The notes under the pieces are model-generated. The model was not told the DNA's origin and did no database searches. It was given only the letters and a program-made list of their open reading frames with translations. This document shows positions 14,295-27,437 of a DNA stretch of 64,000 nt, in pieces (the stretch's first letter is position 1; each line of letters opens with the position of its first letter). A program made the translations under genes and the position numbers. Origin of the DNA: Balanoglossus misakiensis (taxonomy: Eukaryota; Animalia; Hemichordata). The stretch lies in contig CM082593.2 of assembly GCA_040954595.2 (NCBI GenBank), positions 2,559,434-2,623,433 of the forward strand, in the 5' to 3' direction.

Positions 14295-17200
14295 TGTCAA
14301 TTTTTCGACTTCGCGGATTTTCAAAATTTGGTGGTTTTTCGACAAAAACCATGGGTTATAGCCCATGAAAATCATCCAGAAATGTCAATTTTTCGACTTC
14401 GCGGATTTTCAAAATTTGGTGGTTTTTCGACAAAAACCATGGGTTATAGCCCATGAAAATCATCCAGAAATGTCAATTTTTCGACTTCGCGGATTTTCAA
14501 AATTTGGTGGTGTTTCGACAAAAACCATGGGTTATAGCCCATGAAAATCATCCAGAAATGTCAATTTTTCGACTTCGCGGATTGTCAAAATTTGGTGGTT
14601 TTTCGACAAAAACCATGGGTTATAGCCCATGAAAATCATCCAGAAATGTCAATTTTTCGACTTCGCGGATTTTCAAAATTTGGTGGTTTTTCGACAAAAA
14701 GCATGGGTTATAGCCCATGAAAATCATCCAGAAATGTCAATTTTTCGACTTCGCGGATTTTCAAAATTTGGTGGTTTTTCGACAAAAAGCATGGGTTATA
14801 GCCCATGAAAATCATCCAGAAATGTCAATTTTTCGACTTCGCGGATTTTCAAAATTTGGTGGTTTTTCGACAAAAACCATGGGTTATAGCCCATGAAAAT
14901 CATCCAGAAATGTCAATTTTTCGACTTCGCGAATTTTCAAAATTTGGTGGTTTTTCGACAAAAAGCATGGGTTATAGCCCATGAAAATCATCCAGAAATG
15001 TCAATTTTTCGACTTCGCGGATTTTCAAAATTTGGTGGTTTTTCGTCAAAAAGCATGGGTTATAGCCCATGAAAATCATCCAGAAATGTCAATTTTTCGA
15101 CTTCGCGGATTTTCAAAATTTGGTGGTTTTTCGACAAAAAGCATGGGTTATAGCCCATGAAAATCATCCAGAAATGTCAATTTTTCGACTTCGCGGATTT
15201 TCAAAATTTGGTGGTTTTTCGACAAAAACCATGGGTTATAGCCCATGAAAATCATCCAGAAATGTCAATTTTTCGACTTCGCGGATTTTCAAAATTTGGT
15301 GGTTTTTCGACAAAAACCATGGGTTATAGCCCATGAAAATCATCCAGAAATGTCAATTTTTCGACTTCGCGGATTTTCAAAATTTGGTGGTTTTTCGACA
15401 AAAAGCATGGGTTATAGCCCATGAAAATCATCCAGAAATGTCAATTTTTCGACTTCGCGGATTTTCAAAATTTGGTGGTTTTTCGACAAAAACCATGGGT
15501 TATAGCCCATGAAAATCATCCAGAAATGTCAATTTTTCGACTTCGCGGATTTTCAAAATTTGGTGGTTTTTCGACAAAAAGCATGGGTTATAGCCCATGA
15601 AAATCATCCAGAAATGTCAATTTTTCGACTTCGCGGATTTTCAAAATTTGGTGGTTTTTCGACAAAAAGCATGGGTTATAGCCCATGAAAATCATCCAGA
15701 AATGTCAATTTTTCGACTTAGCGGATTTTCAAAATTTGGTGATTTTTCGACAAAAAGCATGGGTTATAGCCCATGGAATTCATCCAGAAATGTCAATTTT
15801 TCGACTTCGCGGATTTTCAAAATTTGGTGGTTTTTCGACAAAAACCATGGGTTATAGCCCATGAAAATCATCCAGAAATGTCAATTTTTCGACTTCGCGG
15901 ATTTTCAAAATTTGGTGGTTTTTCGACAAAAACCATGGGTTATAGCCCATGAAAATCATCCAGAAATGTCAATTTTTCGACTTCGCGGATTTTCAAAATT
16001 TGGTGGTTTTTCGACAAAAAGCATGGGTTATAGCCCATGAAAATCATCCAGAAATGTCAATTTTTCGACTTCGCGGATTTTCAAAATTTGGTGGTTTTTC
16101 GACAAAAACCATGGGTTATAGCCCATGAAAATCATCCAGAAATGTCAATTTTTCGACTTCGCGGATTTTCAAAATTTGGTGGTTTTTCGACAAAAAGCAT
16201 GGGTTATAGCCCATGAAAATCATCCAGAAATGTCAATTTTTCGACTTCGCGGATTTTCAAAATTTGGTGGTTTTTCGACAAAAACCATGGGTTATAGCCC
16301 ATGAAAATCATCCAGAAATGTCAATTTTTCGACTTCGCGGATTTTCAAAATTTGGTGGTTTTTCGACAAAAACCATGGGTTATAGCCCATGAAAATCATC
16401 CAGAAATGTCAATTTTTCGACTTCGCGGATTTTCAAAATTTGGTGGTTTTTCGACAAAAAGCATGGGTTATAGCCCATGAAAATCATCCAGAAATGTCAA
16501 TTTTTCGACTTCGCGGATTTTCAAAATTTGGTGGTTTTTCGACAAAAAGCATGGGTTATAGCCCATGAAAATCATCCAGAAATGTCAATTTTTCGACTTC
16601 GCGGATTTTCAAAATTTGGTGGTTTTTCGACAAAAACCATGGGTTATAGCCCATGAAAATCATCCAGAAATGTCAATTTTTCGACTTCGCGGATTTTCAA
16701 AATTTGGTGGTTTTTCGACAAAAACCATGGGTTATAGCCCATGAAAATCATCCAGAAATGTCAATTTTTCGACTTCGCGGATTTTCAAAATTTGGTGGTT
16801 TTTCGACAAAAAGCATGGGTTATAGCCCATAAAAATCATCCAGAAATGTCAATTTTTCGACTTCGCGGATTTTCAAAATTTGGTGGTTTTTCGACAAAAA
16901 GCATGGGTTATAGCCCATGAAAATCATCCAGAAATGTCAATTTTTCGACTTCGCGGATTTTCAAAATTTTGTGGTTTTTCGACAAAAAGCATGGGTTATA
17001 GCCCATGAAAATCATCCAGAAATGTCAATTTTTCGACTTCGCGGATTTTCAAAATTTGGAGGTTTTTCGACAAAAAGCATGGGTTATAGCCCATGAAAAT
17101 CATCCAGAAATGTCAATTTTTCGACTTCGCGGATTTTCAAAATTTGGTGATTTTTTGATAAAAACCATGGGTTATAGCTCATGAAAATCATCCAGAAATG

Positions 17201-18949
17201 TCAATTTTTCGACTTCGCGGATTTTCAAAATTTGGTGATTTTTTGATAAAAACCATGGGTTATAGCTCATGAAAATCATCCAGAAATGTCAATTTTTCGA
17301 CTTCGCGGATTTTCAAAATTTGGTGGTTTTTCGACAAAAACCATGGGTTATAGCCCATGAAAATCATCCAGAAATGTCAATTTTTCGACTTCGCGGATTT
17401 TCAAAATTTGGTGGTTTTTCGACAAAAACCATGGGTTATAGCCCATGAAAATCATCCAGAAATGTCAATTTTTCGACTTCGCGGATTTTCAAAATTTGGT
17501 GGTTTTTCGACAAAAAGCATGGGTTATAGCCCATAAAAATCATCCAGAAATGTCAATTTTTCGACTTCGCGGATTTTCAAAATTTGGTGGTTTTTCGACA
17601 AAAAGCATGGGTTATAGCCCATGAAAATCATCCAGAAATGTCAATTTTTCGACTTCGCGGATTTTCAAAATTTTGTGGTTTTTCGACAAAAAGCATGGGT
17701 TATAGCCCATGAAAATCATCCAGAAATGTCAATTTTTCGACTTCGCGGATTTTCAAAATTTGGAGGTTTTTCGACAAAAAGCATGGGTTATAGCCCATGA
17801 AAATCATCCAGAAATGTCAATTTTTCGACTTCGCGGATTTTCAAAATTTGGTGATTTTTTGATAAAAACCATGGGTTATAGCTCATGAAAATCATCCAGA
17901 AATGTCAATTTTTCGACTTCGCGGATTTTCAAAATTTGGTGATTTTTTGATAAAAACCATGGGTTATAGCTCATGAAAATCATCCAGAAATGTCAATTTT
18001 TCGACTTCGCGGATTTTCAAAATTTGGTGGTTTTTCGACAAAAAGCATGGGTTATAGCCCATGAAAATCATCCAGAAATGTCAATTTTTCGACTTCGCGG
18101 ATTTTCAAAATTTGGTGGTTTTTCGACAAAAACCATGGGTTATAGCCCATGAAAATCATCCAGAAATGTCAATTTTTCGACTTCGCGGATTTTCAAAATT
18201 TGGTGATTTTTTGATAAAAACCATGGGTTATAGCTCATGAAAATCATCCAGAAATGTCAATTTTTCGACTTCGCGGATTTTCAAAATTTGGTGATTTTTT
18301 GATAAAAACCATGGGTTATAGCTCATGAAAATCATCCAGAAATGTCAATTTTTCGACTTCGCGGATTTTCAAAATTTGGTGATTTTTTGATAAAAACCAT
18401 GGGTTATAGCTCATGAAAATCATCCAGAAATGTCAATTTTTCGACTTCGCGGATTTTCAAAATTTGGTGATTTTTTGATAAAAACCATGGGTTATAGCTC
18501 ATGAAAATCATCCAGAAATGTCAATTTTTCGACTTCGCGGATTTTCAAAATTTGGTGATTTTTTGATAAAAACCATGGGTTATAGCTCATGAAAATCATC
18601 CAGAAATGTCAATTTTTCGACTTCGCGGATTTTCAAAATTTGGTGATTTTTTGATAAAAACCATGGGTTATAGCTCATGAAAATCATCCAGAAATGTCAA
18701 TTTTTCGACTTCGCGGATTTTCAAAATTTGGTGATTTTTTGATAAAAACCATGGGTTATAGCTCATGAAAATCATCCAGAAATGTCAATTTTTCGACTTC
18801 GCGGATTTTCAAAATTTGGTGATTTTTTGATAAAAACCATGGGTTATAGCTCATGAAAATCATCCAGCAAATGTCAATTTTTCGACTTCGCGGATTTTCA
18901 AAATTTGGTGATTTTTTGATAAAAACCATGGGTTATAGCTCATGAAAAT
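14295..18949 (-). repeat. Same 88-bp satellite in inverted orientation, right arm (~53 monomers)
   Basis: Reverse complement of the monomer from 14295 (tgtcaatttttcgacttcgcgg...) to ...gctcatgaaaat at ~18949, followed by a short degenerate tail to ~18980. Confidence 0.99.
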
Positions 18950-20841
18950 TGTCAAAAATCGACCATTTTCCGACTTCACTGAAGATGAGGTGAAAATTGT
19001 ACCAAAAACCGAAAACTCAGAAAAAATATGACATACAAGATAGAATTTTGTAATTAATTTTTATTCCCACTTCGAGCACCACACATTTATCTTAAGTGTG
19101 CCCTCTTAGCAAATGCATACCATATGCTATTTTGAAGAATAACAATCGACATGTAAATTTTTTTTTACATTTTGGCATATTACATAAGCATGTTTTTTTT
19201 TATAATCTACAAAGTGTAATTTTCAAAATTTTGGTTGAATTTCTTAAATGCGATGTCTGGTAGACACCACACTCATGAACTTTAAAGAGCAAGCAACAAT
19301 GAATTCAAGTAAGACAATCTACAATAAATAATATCCGTCAACTGTAACCCTGTAGGAAATCTTCATTTTAAATATTTGTCGACAGAAACTTACAGACAGA
19401 CTCGGTGAAAAAAGCCATCTTCAATCAACTTTTTATTTGTATCTATGATCTGAATTCATGTTGAACAACACAAAATCTTGTGACTTTAAACATTCACGTG
19501 TAAAAGAACACAAGATACTGAAAACTTGCAAAATGCTTCATGTAATGACAAAATTAAATAACAGCAGTTGAGTTTCATTCTTATTTATCAAATCATCACG
19601 GGGCTTGAAATTCTCAGGATACTCGCAAAGGCAAAATATTGCCAGTGACATCGGGATAAAGTCAGCACAATTACTCAGATAAAATTACAACATTCACCGG
19701 TCTAATCCTGTATTGCTCTAAAATGTCTTACAGTGCAAGGGAAAAAAAAACAAGCAATGTTTGCTCTTCAAACAAATCTGATGTTGTGTCTTAATGCTTA
19801 ATGTTTACAACCCAATCTCTCCCACGCTTTCAATACATGCATTAAATCAAAAATACTACAAAATAACCATCTATGTGTAAACAAGGCAAAAATGTATGTA
19901 CATTGGCAAAAAATAAAAATAAACTAAAACTAAAATGTCAAGATACCACAGAAGTTGTTGAGAACCGACAATATTGAAACCACCCAGGTTAGCTGTGTAA
20001 ACTGGATACAACCAGTTTTATTTTTTTTATTTCTTCAATATTATACTGAATTCCAACTTGAAAACATGTGTAGACTTTATAAGCTCAAACCTTACAGACA
20101 TTTGTTTTTGTTTCAATATACATCAACTGGTGACAATGTGTTTCAAAGTGACCTTCTGAGTTCGAAAATACCCAGTTGGTCATTCCAGTATGTGGGTCAA
20201 AGCTCTGACCAATCTGCTTCTAAGCTCAGCTTTTGAGAAGAGTTATCTGACAACTGTTAACGACGGACTATTCATATCCAATTCCAGGATTATCAGTTGG
20301 AAAAATATGTTCATTTCCTGCAGTGTCAATTTCATGAAACAGCACCGCAGTGTGAAAAACATCCAACCTTCATGTCTCACAGGGGCTTACTGAATATATA
20401 AAATGTATATGATAATTCATGAATTATATGTAAGAGTATCAACTATCATACAATTTCCACCTGCATACCTGTTTAGTATAAGCCCAGACTTAGCGACAAC
20501 CCAAACAGATACATTCTGACGTCAATATGCTCTCATTATCTCGGCCAAATGCAGGCATTTCAAAATTTTCTAAAATTTAGTTGGGTACAGGTTTATCAAA
20601 GAATCATGCAAATCAAAAAATGCTACTTTTTAATCATACGTATCTGGATCATTATCTAATCAGCAAAGCTACTTAGGGGGTCCCTCGCTACAAAAATACA
20701 GTCAATATTTTGATGAATTTGGAGAGACGTATGCCATGTGATAAAAGGGCGAGCGCTTACTGAGTCTTCTTGGAAAAGTATCTTTCACCTCATCAGCATT
20801 ATCGTTTATAAATAGACACGAAGGAGATCAGCGACTTGTCT

Positions 20842-23800
20842 TTAATCGATCTTCACAGTTGAGTAGATCTTCCGAACAAATGTACTCGTACCGATGTAGC
20901 CCAGCGTTCCACACATAACTCCAAGTCCAAGGCTAAACAGCGCCATGTAGCCGAAATACCACATTGTTTGAAACAGCCCATACATCCTGCAAGAATAAAA
21001 CACAAGAAGATTAGATTTCATAGCCTGAACTCCACAACTCGGCTATACAACTGAACTGTAACAAGTAACTCAATTATACATAGCAACAAACTGTCTTTGG
21101 AACATGCATGACATAATTAGTCAGAATTTGGCTAATCTGTACAATTCTACCAGCTCCGGTTCTCATCGTTTATTACATTTGTAAATAGATGTTTTTGTAG
21201 GATTTTTATACCATTACACGAAAACCAATCAACACTCGAACTGATGGTGCAAAAATTACACATAATATCAGCAGCTATGCTTGACACCCCCCCCCCCCCC
21301 CCCCCCGAAAAAACTCAATTTTTTATTTGTAAAACTAGAACTTACTTTGTTTTGAAGAAGAAATAATAGAACGAGTAGACATAGACGTAGAAGGCCGTAG
21401 ATGCCGCAGACAGGAAACTTGTCCACTGCCACCTGTAATCTTCAGCATTTAGTAGGAAATAGGTACATACAATTGTGACACACACTGTAACTACGGCTAA
21501 GATCAGGAATACTAGCAACATAAAACCATACACATAGTAGATCTTGTACGCCCAGAAGGATGTAAAAATAAAATACCTGTTGAAAGAAAGAAAAGATATA
21601 GTTGTTGTTGGTACGATAATACTGTTGTGTGTCATTAAAACAAGTGAAACTGGCTTTGAGGGAATACTGACAACAAAGAACAACAGAAAACAACACTCAC
21701 ATTTCAATGAAGATTGAGCCGAATGGCAAGATACCACCAAGCATGACAATAACATAGGGTTCCATAAACCATTTCTTTTCAGGTATTGGTCTGGGCACAG
21801 CATTGACGCGGCATGGATAGTTTGGCTGTCCACTGATAGCACGACCCATTAACGTTCCAACCAGAGTCAATGGTAAGATAACAAATATACAAATACAAGA
21901 CACAGCAACCTGTGGGCAAATAAAAAAGACAGTTAACTTACAACGATGCTTCAATAAAATTCAACAACATTTTCGAGTTCCTGATGGTGGATCATGGCTA
22001 ATTTCTTCTTCATTTTGCAAGGCGTGAAAACTAGCTCATCAGAACCAGTCTGTTTTTCGCACTGCAGGAAACAGGGGTAAAATTATCAGTAGAAAAGAGA
22101 GATATACATGTATACTAACATTTCATTAAGTGTACTCACCATTGTACCAAACGGAATAGCTCTGGAGGCATGATAATAAATAGCAATGAAATTGATGAAG
22201 AATGCCACACCACAGACTAAACTTGGTATTAGGAAAGCCCCACACACCATCTGTTTAATCCATTTTTTCCCTGAAATGAAACAAACGACATAGCTCTGAA
22301 TTATGCTCAATAGACAAACAAAAGTACATGAATGATGTGGCAATGAGCTGATTGGAAAAGAACATCTGATCTGTAGTTCACACATCACTTAACCCCTTCA
22401 CCCCCAGTTCCCTCTATACAGGTTCAACTTTATCATAGAAAACAACGGATTTGGACCAAACCATAGTGGTGAAAGGGTGATGAAATCATAACTTACCTCC
22501 CATTCTGGAGTAGAGTCCACCACCAGCATAGCCATTGATTGGCGCAGTAGCAGCGTAGACAAATATAGATGTACTCAACATTGATCCACGTCTGAAAAAG
22601 AAATCAAGGCCGGCATCTATCAGCTCAAAAAATCTTGAAAGTTATTGCTAAACCAGGTACATGTAAGTAAGAAGTCACAAATGCAATTGTGAAATCATAC
22701 ATTTACAAGTTTCTGTTTAAACCACATTTGAATACATTTTGAGATTTCCAACTTCACCAAAATATTGTTGCAATTTAATCTCTGCACTAAAGTGAAAATT
22801 ATAATTATGACCATTATCAAACAGCATGACTACTTACTCCATATAGAGATCGCCAACAATAGCGAAGATGATGACACACAACGCAACTGACAACACATGA
22901 TATCCTGACGCAATCAGAGATGAAAATAACACTGTGTGTGACGCTGGTCTGAACACATCTCCATGGACTTGTTTCCAGCCATACTCATCTCCCAAGTCTC
23001 TTTCCTAATGGAAAAGAATTACGAAAAGGCGTAAGTGTATATCAAAGCGAACTTGGCTTTCACGGCTCATTTTAATCTTGTTCACATGATCATGTGATTC
23101 AAAAATAAATGTAAACAAACAAATATTTTCAGTGAACAATACAACCTACAACATGAAAGTATACAGTGGTTCCTGCTGTGTACAATCTACTTCCACACAA
23201 GATGTCAACGTGGTCTTACCATGACAATTCTAGTACAGTCATTAATAGAGCCAATGAGAAATTTAGTGGTCTTTTCAAGCTCAGCAGCACAGAAGCTCTG
23301 TTGGCTCAGCATTGAGTCGACAGGGTGTGTTAGTTGTTGAAGGTGAACCCAACATAGGACAGAAAGAAAAGGGGGCAGTCTGAGTAGAAGTGGTGCTTTC
23401 ATATTGAAAGACGAGTAAATCCTGAACAGGTGACTTCAATTTTGATAATAGTGAGATGGAAATCAATTCTGAGATGATGAGAGGAGGAATTGGTGTTAAT
23501 ATAGACTAGAATTGGGACGGAATTATACATGTGGGTGTGTGTACGTAGGATTAGGAGAATTCCTATGGCCATTTCACGCACATGGTTATGTTTGTATCAG
23601 TGTGTAAGGATGTGATCACTCACCATATCATCAAGCTCGTCATCCTTGCTGTATCTGGCGTAATCTTTCCGGAGAGTTCTCATCAGAATCATAGAAACCA
23701 GACCGACGAGGAAGATCACCATCATGAACGAATTGAAAATTGAAAACCAATGAATCTGAAATATTAAAACAATAAGAGTTACTGGAATGCCTGAATTACA

Positions 23801-26622
23801 CAACTACATTGTACTGTCTGATAAGTTTTCATGTAACATATTTTTATACACTGTGTGAGGTTTCTACTCACTCTATGCTGGAAGAAATTGGGATCTAGGT
23901 ATTTATCGAATCTTGTCTTAAACTCTGTCTTGGAAGGCCTCCACTGCACTTGGTAGCTGAAAGGTATCTTGACCCCCGGGGTCAGTTTGACCTTGGCTTC
24001 ACTGGTGAGATTGACATCGACAATTTGGTTGGCGTTGTAACCAATGTCAAGTTTCTTGTGCGTCCAGATGTAGTAGCCCTCGCCACTCTCGTCAATTTCA
24101 CCAGCAATACCTGGAGACGGAAAATGCAGAATTTTTTTTATTTTAAAGATCAGTTAATCAAAAAGGTTCCCTGTCACCATACTGAAATGCCCACTGCTTG
24201 CCTTGCCATCACTGTGCAAGATTTCACAATCCCTTGTGGGCAGGAGTTGATTGTTGTACCTGTTTGTAATTTACAATGGCATGTATGCAATTACCGTAAT
24301 TAACTCTCATGGCTGATTTTTCACACTACAAGGCTGAAACTATAGCTCTCTCAGACAGAAAGGTTTAGTGATACATCTCTTTCTATTCTATTTCCTGACC
24401 ATCAAAATACAGCTACTACCCTAATCTAATATGATACACGTACATTTTATTTCACAAAATGATGTGTGGACTTATGCGATTTCTGTATAGTTCATAGAGT
24501 CACGTTTTTGACTACTCACCCCAAATTGGCAAATCATCGATATACATCTGATACCAATAATGATTTTTCACTGCGTACAGAAACGCTTGGTATCTCTCTT
24601 CTGTCAGCTCTACTTCACAGTAGGTTTTCTGACCAACTTCAGCTGTAACAAACACAAGACAACACATCCGTTGGAACTTGACGCAGTGAATTGAACAGCT
24701 TGTTTATCTTTCTATTTATTTCCTTCCCCGACAAAAATTGGATATTGTTGACATATATTTGAGTATAATTACACCATTATAATCTTACCTTTGAAGTTGA
24801 TTTCAAGTCCACTGAACTCCAGTTCAATGCCTTGTAAGTTCTCGCCCAGAGTTTCATGGTAATGCCCAATGTTTGATTTGGGTCCTCTGCAGAAGGGCAG
24901 GGAGTAGTAATTGTAGGTCTCCTGTCTGTTGTGATATGGACCCACAGTGTTCATCCATAGTACTACCTCTTCATTGTCCTCATACTGTCAAAAAAAAAAT
25001 ATTATCAGGAGCTCAGCGAAATGTTGCGACAAACTAACCCACTGCTTGAAACTCTAATTACTCTTTAGAACATTTTACAATAGATGGGGTAATTACTAGC
25101 ACAAACAATGAAACTGTATTGCACACATACCGATGGTAACAGTTTTGACTAGTCCCGCCGGGTGACTGGTGGAACTATACTTCATTGTGATACCCGGAGG
25201 GCGGGAGGAGGTGATGTCAACAAAACCGCGACTTCATGCAGTGAAGTAATTTGTGACCTCGGTCGCATCTTAAAAACTTTGCCTGACAATGGTTTCTCCA
25301 TTCATTCAACGCGCTGGCTCTTGCTATGCCCTTTTATGCAAAACAGTCCCCCTGCAGAGTTCTACGCTAATCTCCGAAATTTAGACATTAGCATTTCAAT
25401 GCTGTTCAGCTATGGGAACAATTACCGGTGTGCACTAGACTGTTACAATCAAACTTCATTTGGAAAATGCTTAAAAGTATACATGTACATACAGCTGATT
25501 CAGAAATTTAAATGCAATTGAAAAGTATCTGGGAATATATAATCTATTTAAATATGGCATCATCCGCATGATTGATGTATTTGACTATTTACAGAGGACA
25601 CACCTACACATGAACAGCTGTTGTGTGGACATTTGTTAGAATCCACGTTGAACAGTGCATACACCATGTGTACCAATGGCACAATTTCTTCCGATCTATG
25701 ATAGTAACCGAGTAAATCAGTCGATTTAGCAAAGTCACAATACAGTGATGATGAAGATAGTATATATTTCAAAGGGAAATCGCACCAAAATTGTGAATAT
25801 TGTCACTGTCTGCCATACAGACTTATCGTATTGACCTTATTTAATCAAAGGCAATTTTTCTAAACATCAACCAACCAACACGCAAATGACCCAACATGTC
25901 AAAGTTCAATGCCACCTCCCCAAATGCCAAAGAGTGCTGAACACTAATGACTATATATCCAAATCCTGCTTTAGAGTTAGGATACTATGTCACTTGATTT
26001 CTAACTGTATTTTGGACTTGCTATGTTTGTCTGGCTTGGGTGTACGCGTGTCCGATCATATTCTGAGTAGTGTATGCATAGGATGGGTGTAGTCACTTGT
26101 CTGTTTCGTGATGTCTGTTTCAATATAGGAAGAGCCTATACAGGCTACAGGCGAAACGATGACAGGCCGGAAAGTACGCAATCCTGCTTGCCATCAGTCT
26201 CAACATGCCAAACTGTCTGATCACTGAAAACGCGTATGTGGCAAAATATTACCCGACAATCACTGTGCAGTAACAAGTGGAAGCCCTTGTCACAACACAG
26301 GTTGGACGTGTTATTTTTTAAACTGCAATCAAAATTTGACTGATGGCAGTAGCGAACCCGATTTTCTTTCCAGGTACTTCCCGTTTGGCTGGAAAGACGA
26401 TAACCAAACTTGGGCTAACGAGAAAGTAATGTGTAAAGACAGTACGTTGAAATAAATTCACTTCCTACAACATTTCGTCCACATCAGCTGTCCGCCATCT
26501 TGGATAGCAACCGAATAAAAATAAACATCGAAGCCACTTACTGTATGGGAGTGTTCATCCGCTCGGATTGTACAAAATATCGCAAGACTGACGCATACGA
26601 TTCTCAAAATGTTTCTCCTCAT
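20842..26622 (-). CDS. TM9SF3: Transmembrane 9 superfamily member 3 (nonaspanin), 11 coding exons, 582 aa
   Basis: Exons (minus): 26542-26622, 24789-24984, 24520-24642, 23872-24110, 23624-23755, 22838-23004, 22497-22591, 22140-22270, 21701-21909, 21346-21576, 20842-20986. All introns are GT-AG and the total is 1749 nt in frame. Motifs: signal peptide, [81 protein letters not shown] and C-terminal VKID, all typical of TM9SF3. Confidence 0.97.
21287..21306 (+). repeat. poly(C) homopolymer in the last TM9SF3 intron
   Basis: About 20 consecutive C. Confidence 0.9.
22389..22481. mobile_element. Possible tiny TTAA-type (piggyBac-like) MITE in TM9SF3 intron 7
   Basis: ttaa|ccccttcacc...ggtgaaaggg|tgat. 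The terminal inverted repeat matches at 9/10 and begins with CCC. The left flank is TTAA and the right flank is degenerate. Confidence 0.45.
26491..26503 (-). promoter_or_regulatory. YY1-like motif (CCAAGATGGCGGA) just downstream of TM9SF3 exon 1
   Basis: Plus strand reads tccgccatcttgg. It matches the YY1 core AAGATGGCGG, which is common near housekeeping transcription starts. Confidence 0.4.
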
Positions 26623-27437
26623 TTCTGTCGATTATTTTGGTTGTTTAACGATCGCCGAGGCAGATGATGTCCGATATAACTACACTGGTTATACGTCTGA
26701 CGTCCTCATAACCCCATCGACAACCCTCGCCACGTCAGCTACGCTTCCATATGTCGGCGCTGAGGGCGCTAAATATAAACATTTCAGAGCTTGACTCGAA
26801 ATGCCCTGCCTCTATGGCTCAAACTCTAGTTGTGATTTACTAACTACAAGTCCAAGGTGTAAAAAAACAAGGCAAAAAGCTGCATACATTTACTCTTAAA
26901 ATGAAATAAATTAATACCCATGCATTACTGGTTTGGGTTGACTGTTGCATGCGAAAAAAACACAAGTCAACGAAAGGGAAAATAACATGTATGACAATAT
27001 TATAATAGGTTACTACATGTAGTACATTTACATGTATATTGTAAACTATTTTAAGAACGTACGCTCCATGTAAAATGTATTTATACATAGTCTTGATCAA
27101 CTGCACTTCATAAAGTTAATAATGCTTCAAGTTGTCATAGTACCCACCGACCGACAAATTCCGAAAGGCACCTATACCTAAACTCTCTCAGATGACACAC
27201 ACAAGTCTTCAAAGCACCAGCGTCAACGTTGGCTGCGCTTCGCAGTACAGTGTAACTGCTGAACGTAGATCCGAGGTCACTGACCCAACAGGCCTGGACA
27301 CTTAACACATTCAAACAGGGAACAATGATCAATTTCTCAACGATATATTAACATGATTGTTATCGAGTGCAACTTTAATACCAATCCGTTCTCTCTGAAT
27401 GATAATAGTACATTTTTTATTCGCCTCATGTGTGTAA

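Noticed and set aside
14251-14354. Fold-back chimeric read as the cause of the inversion
   Set aside because: SNP patterns of the two arms are not mirror images and the right arm runs into unique sequence. This is disfavoured but not excluded without reads.
2011-15857. Repeated 67-117 aa ORFs (MKIIQKCQFFDFADFQ...) in the satellite
   Set aside because: They are translations of the 88-bp repeat, extended only where homopolymer indels or the inversion shift the frame; no protein features.
1-18949. CRISPR-like array or CENP-B box
   Set aside because: There are no unique spacers and the context is eukaryotic. ttcgacttcgcgga does not fit the CENP-B box spacing (TTCGnnnnAnnCGGG).
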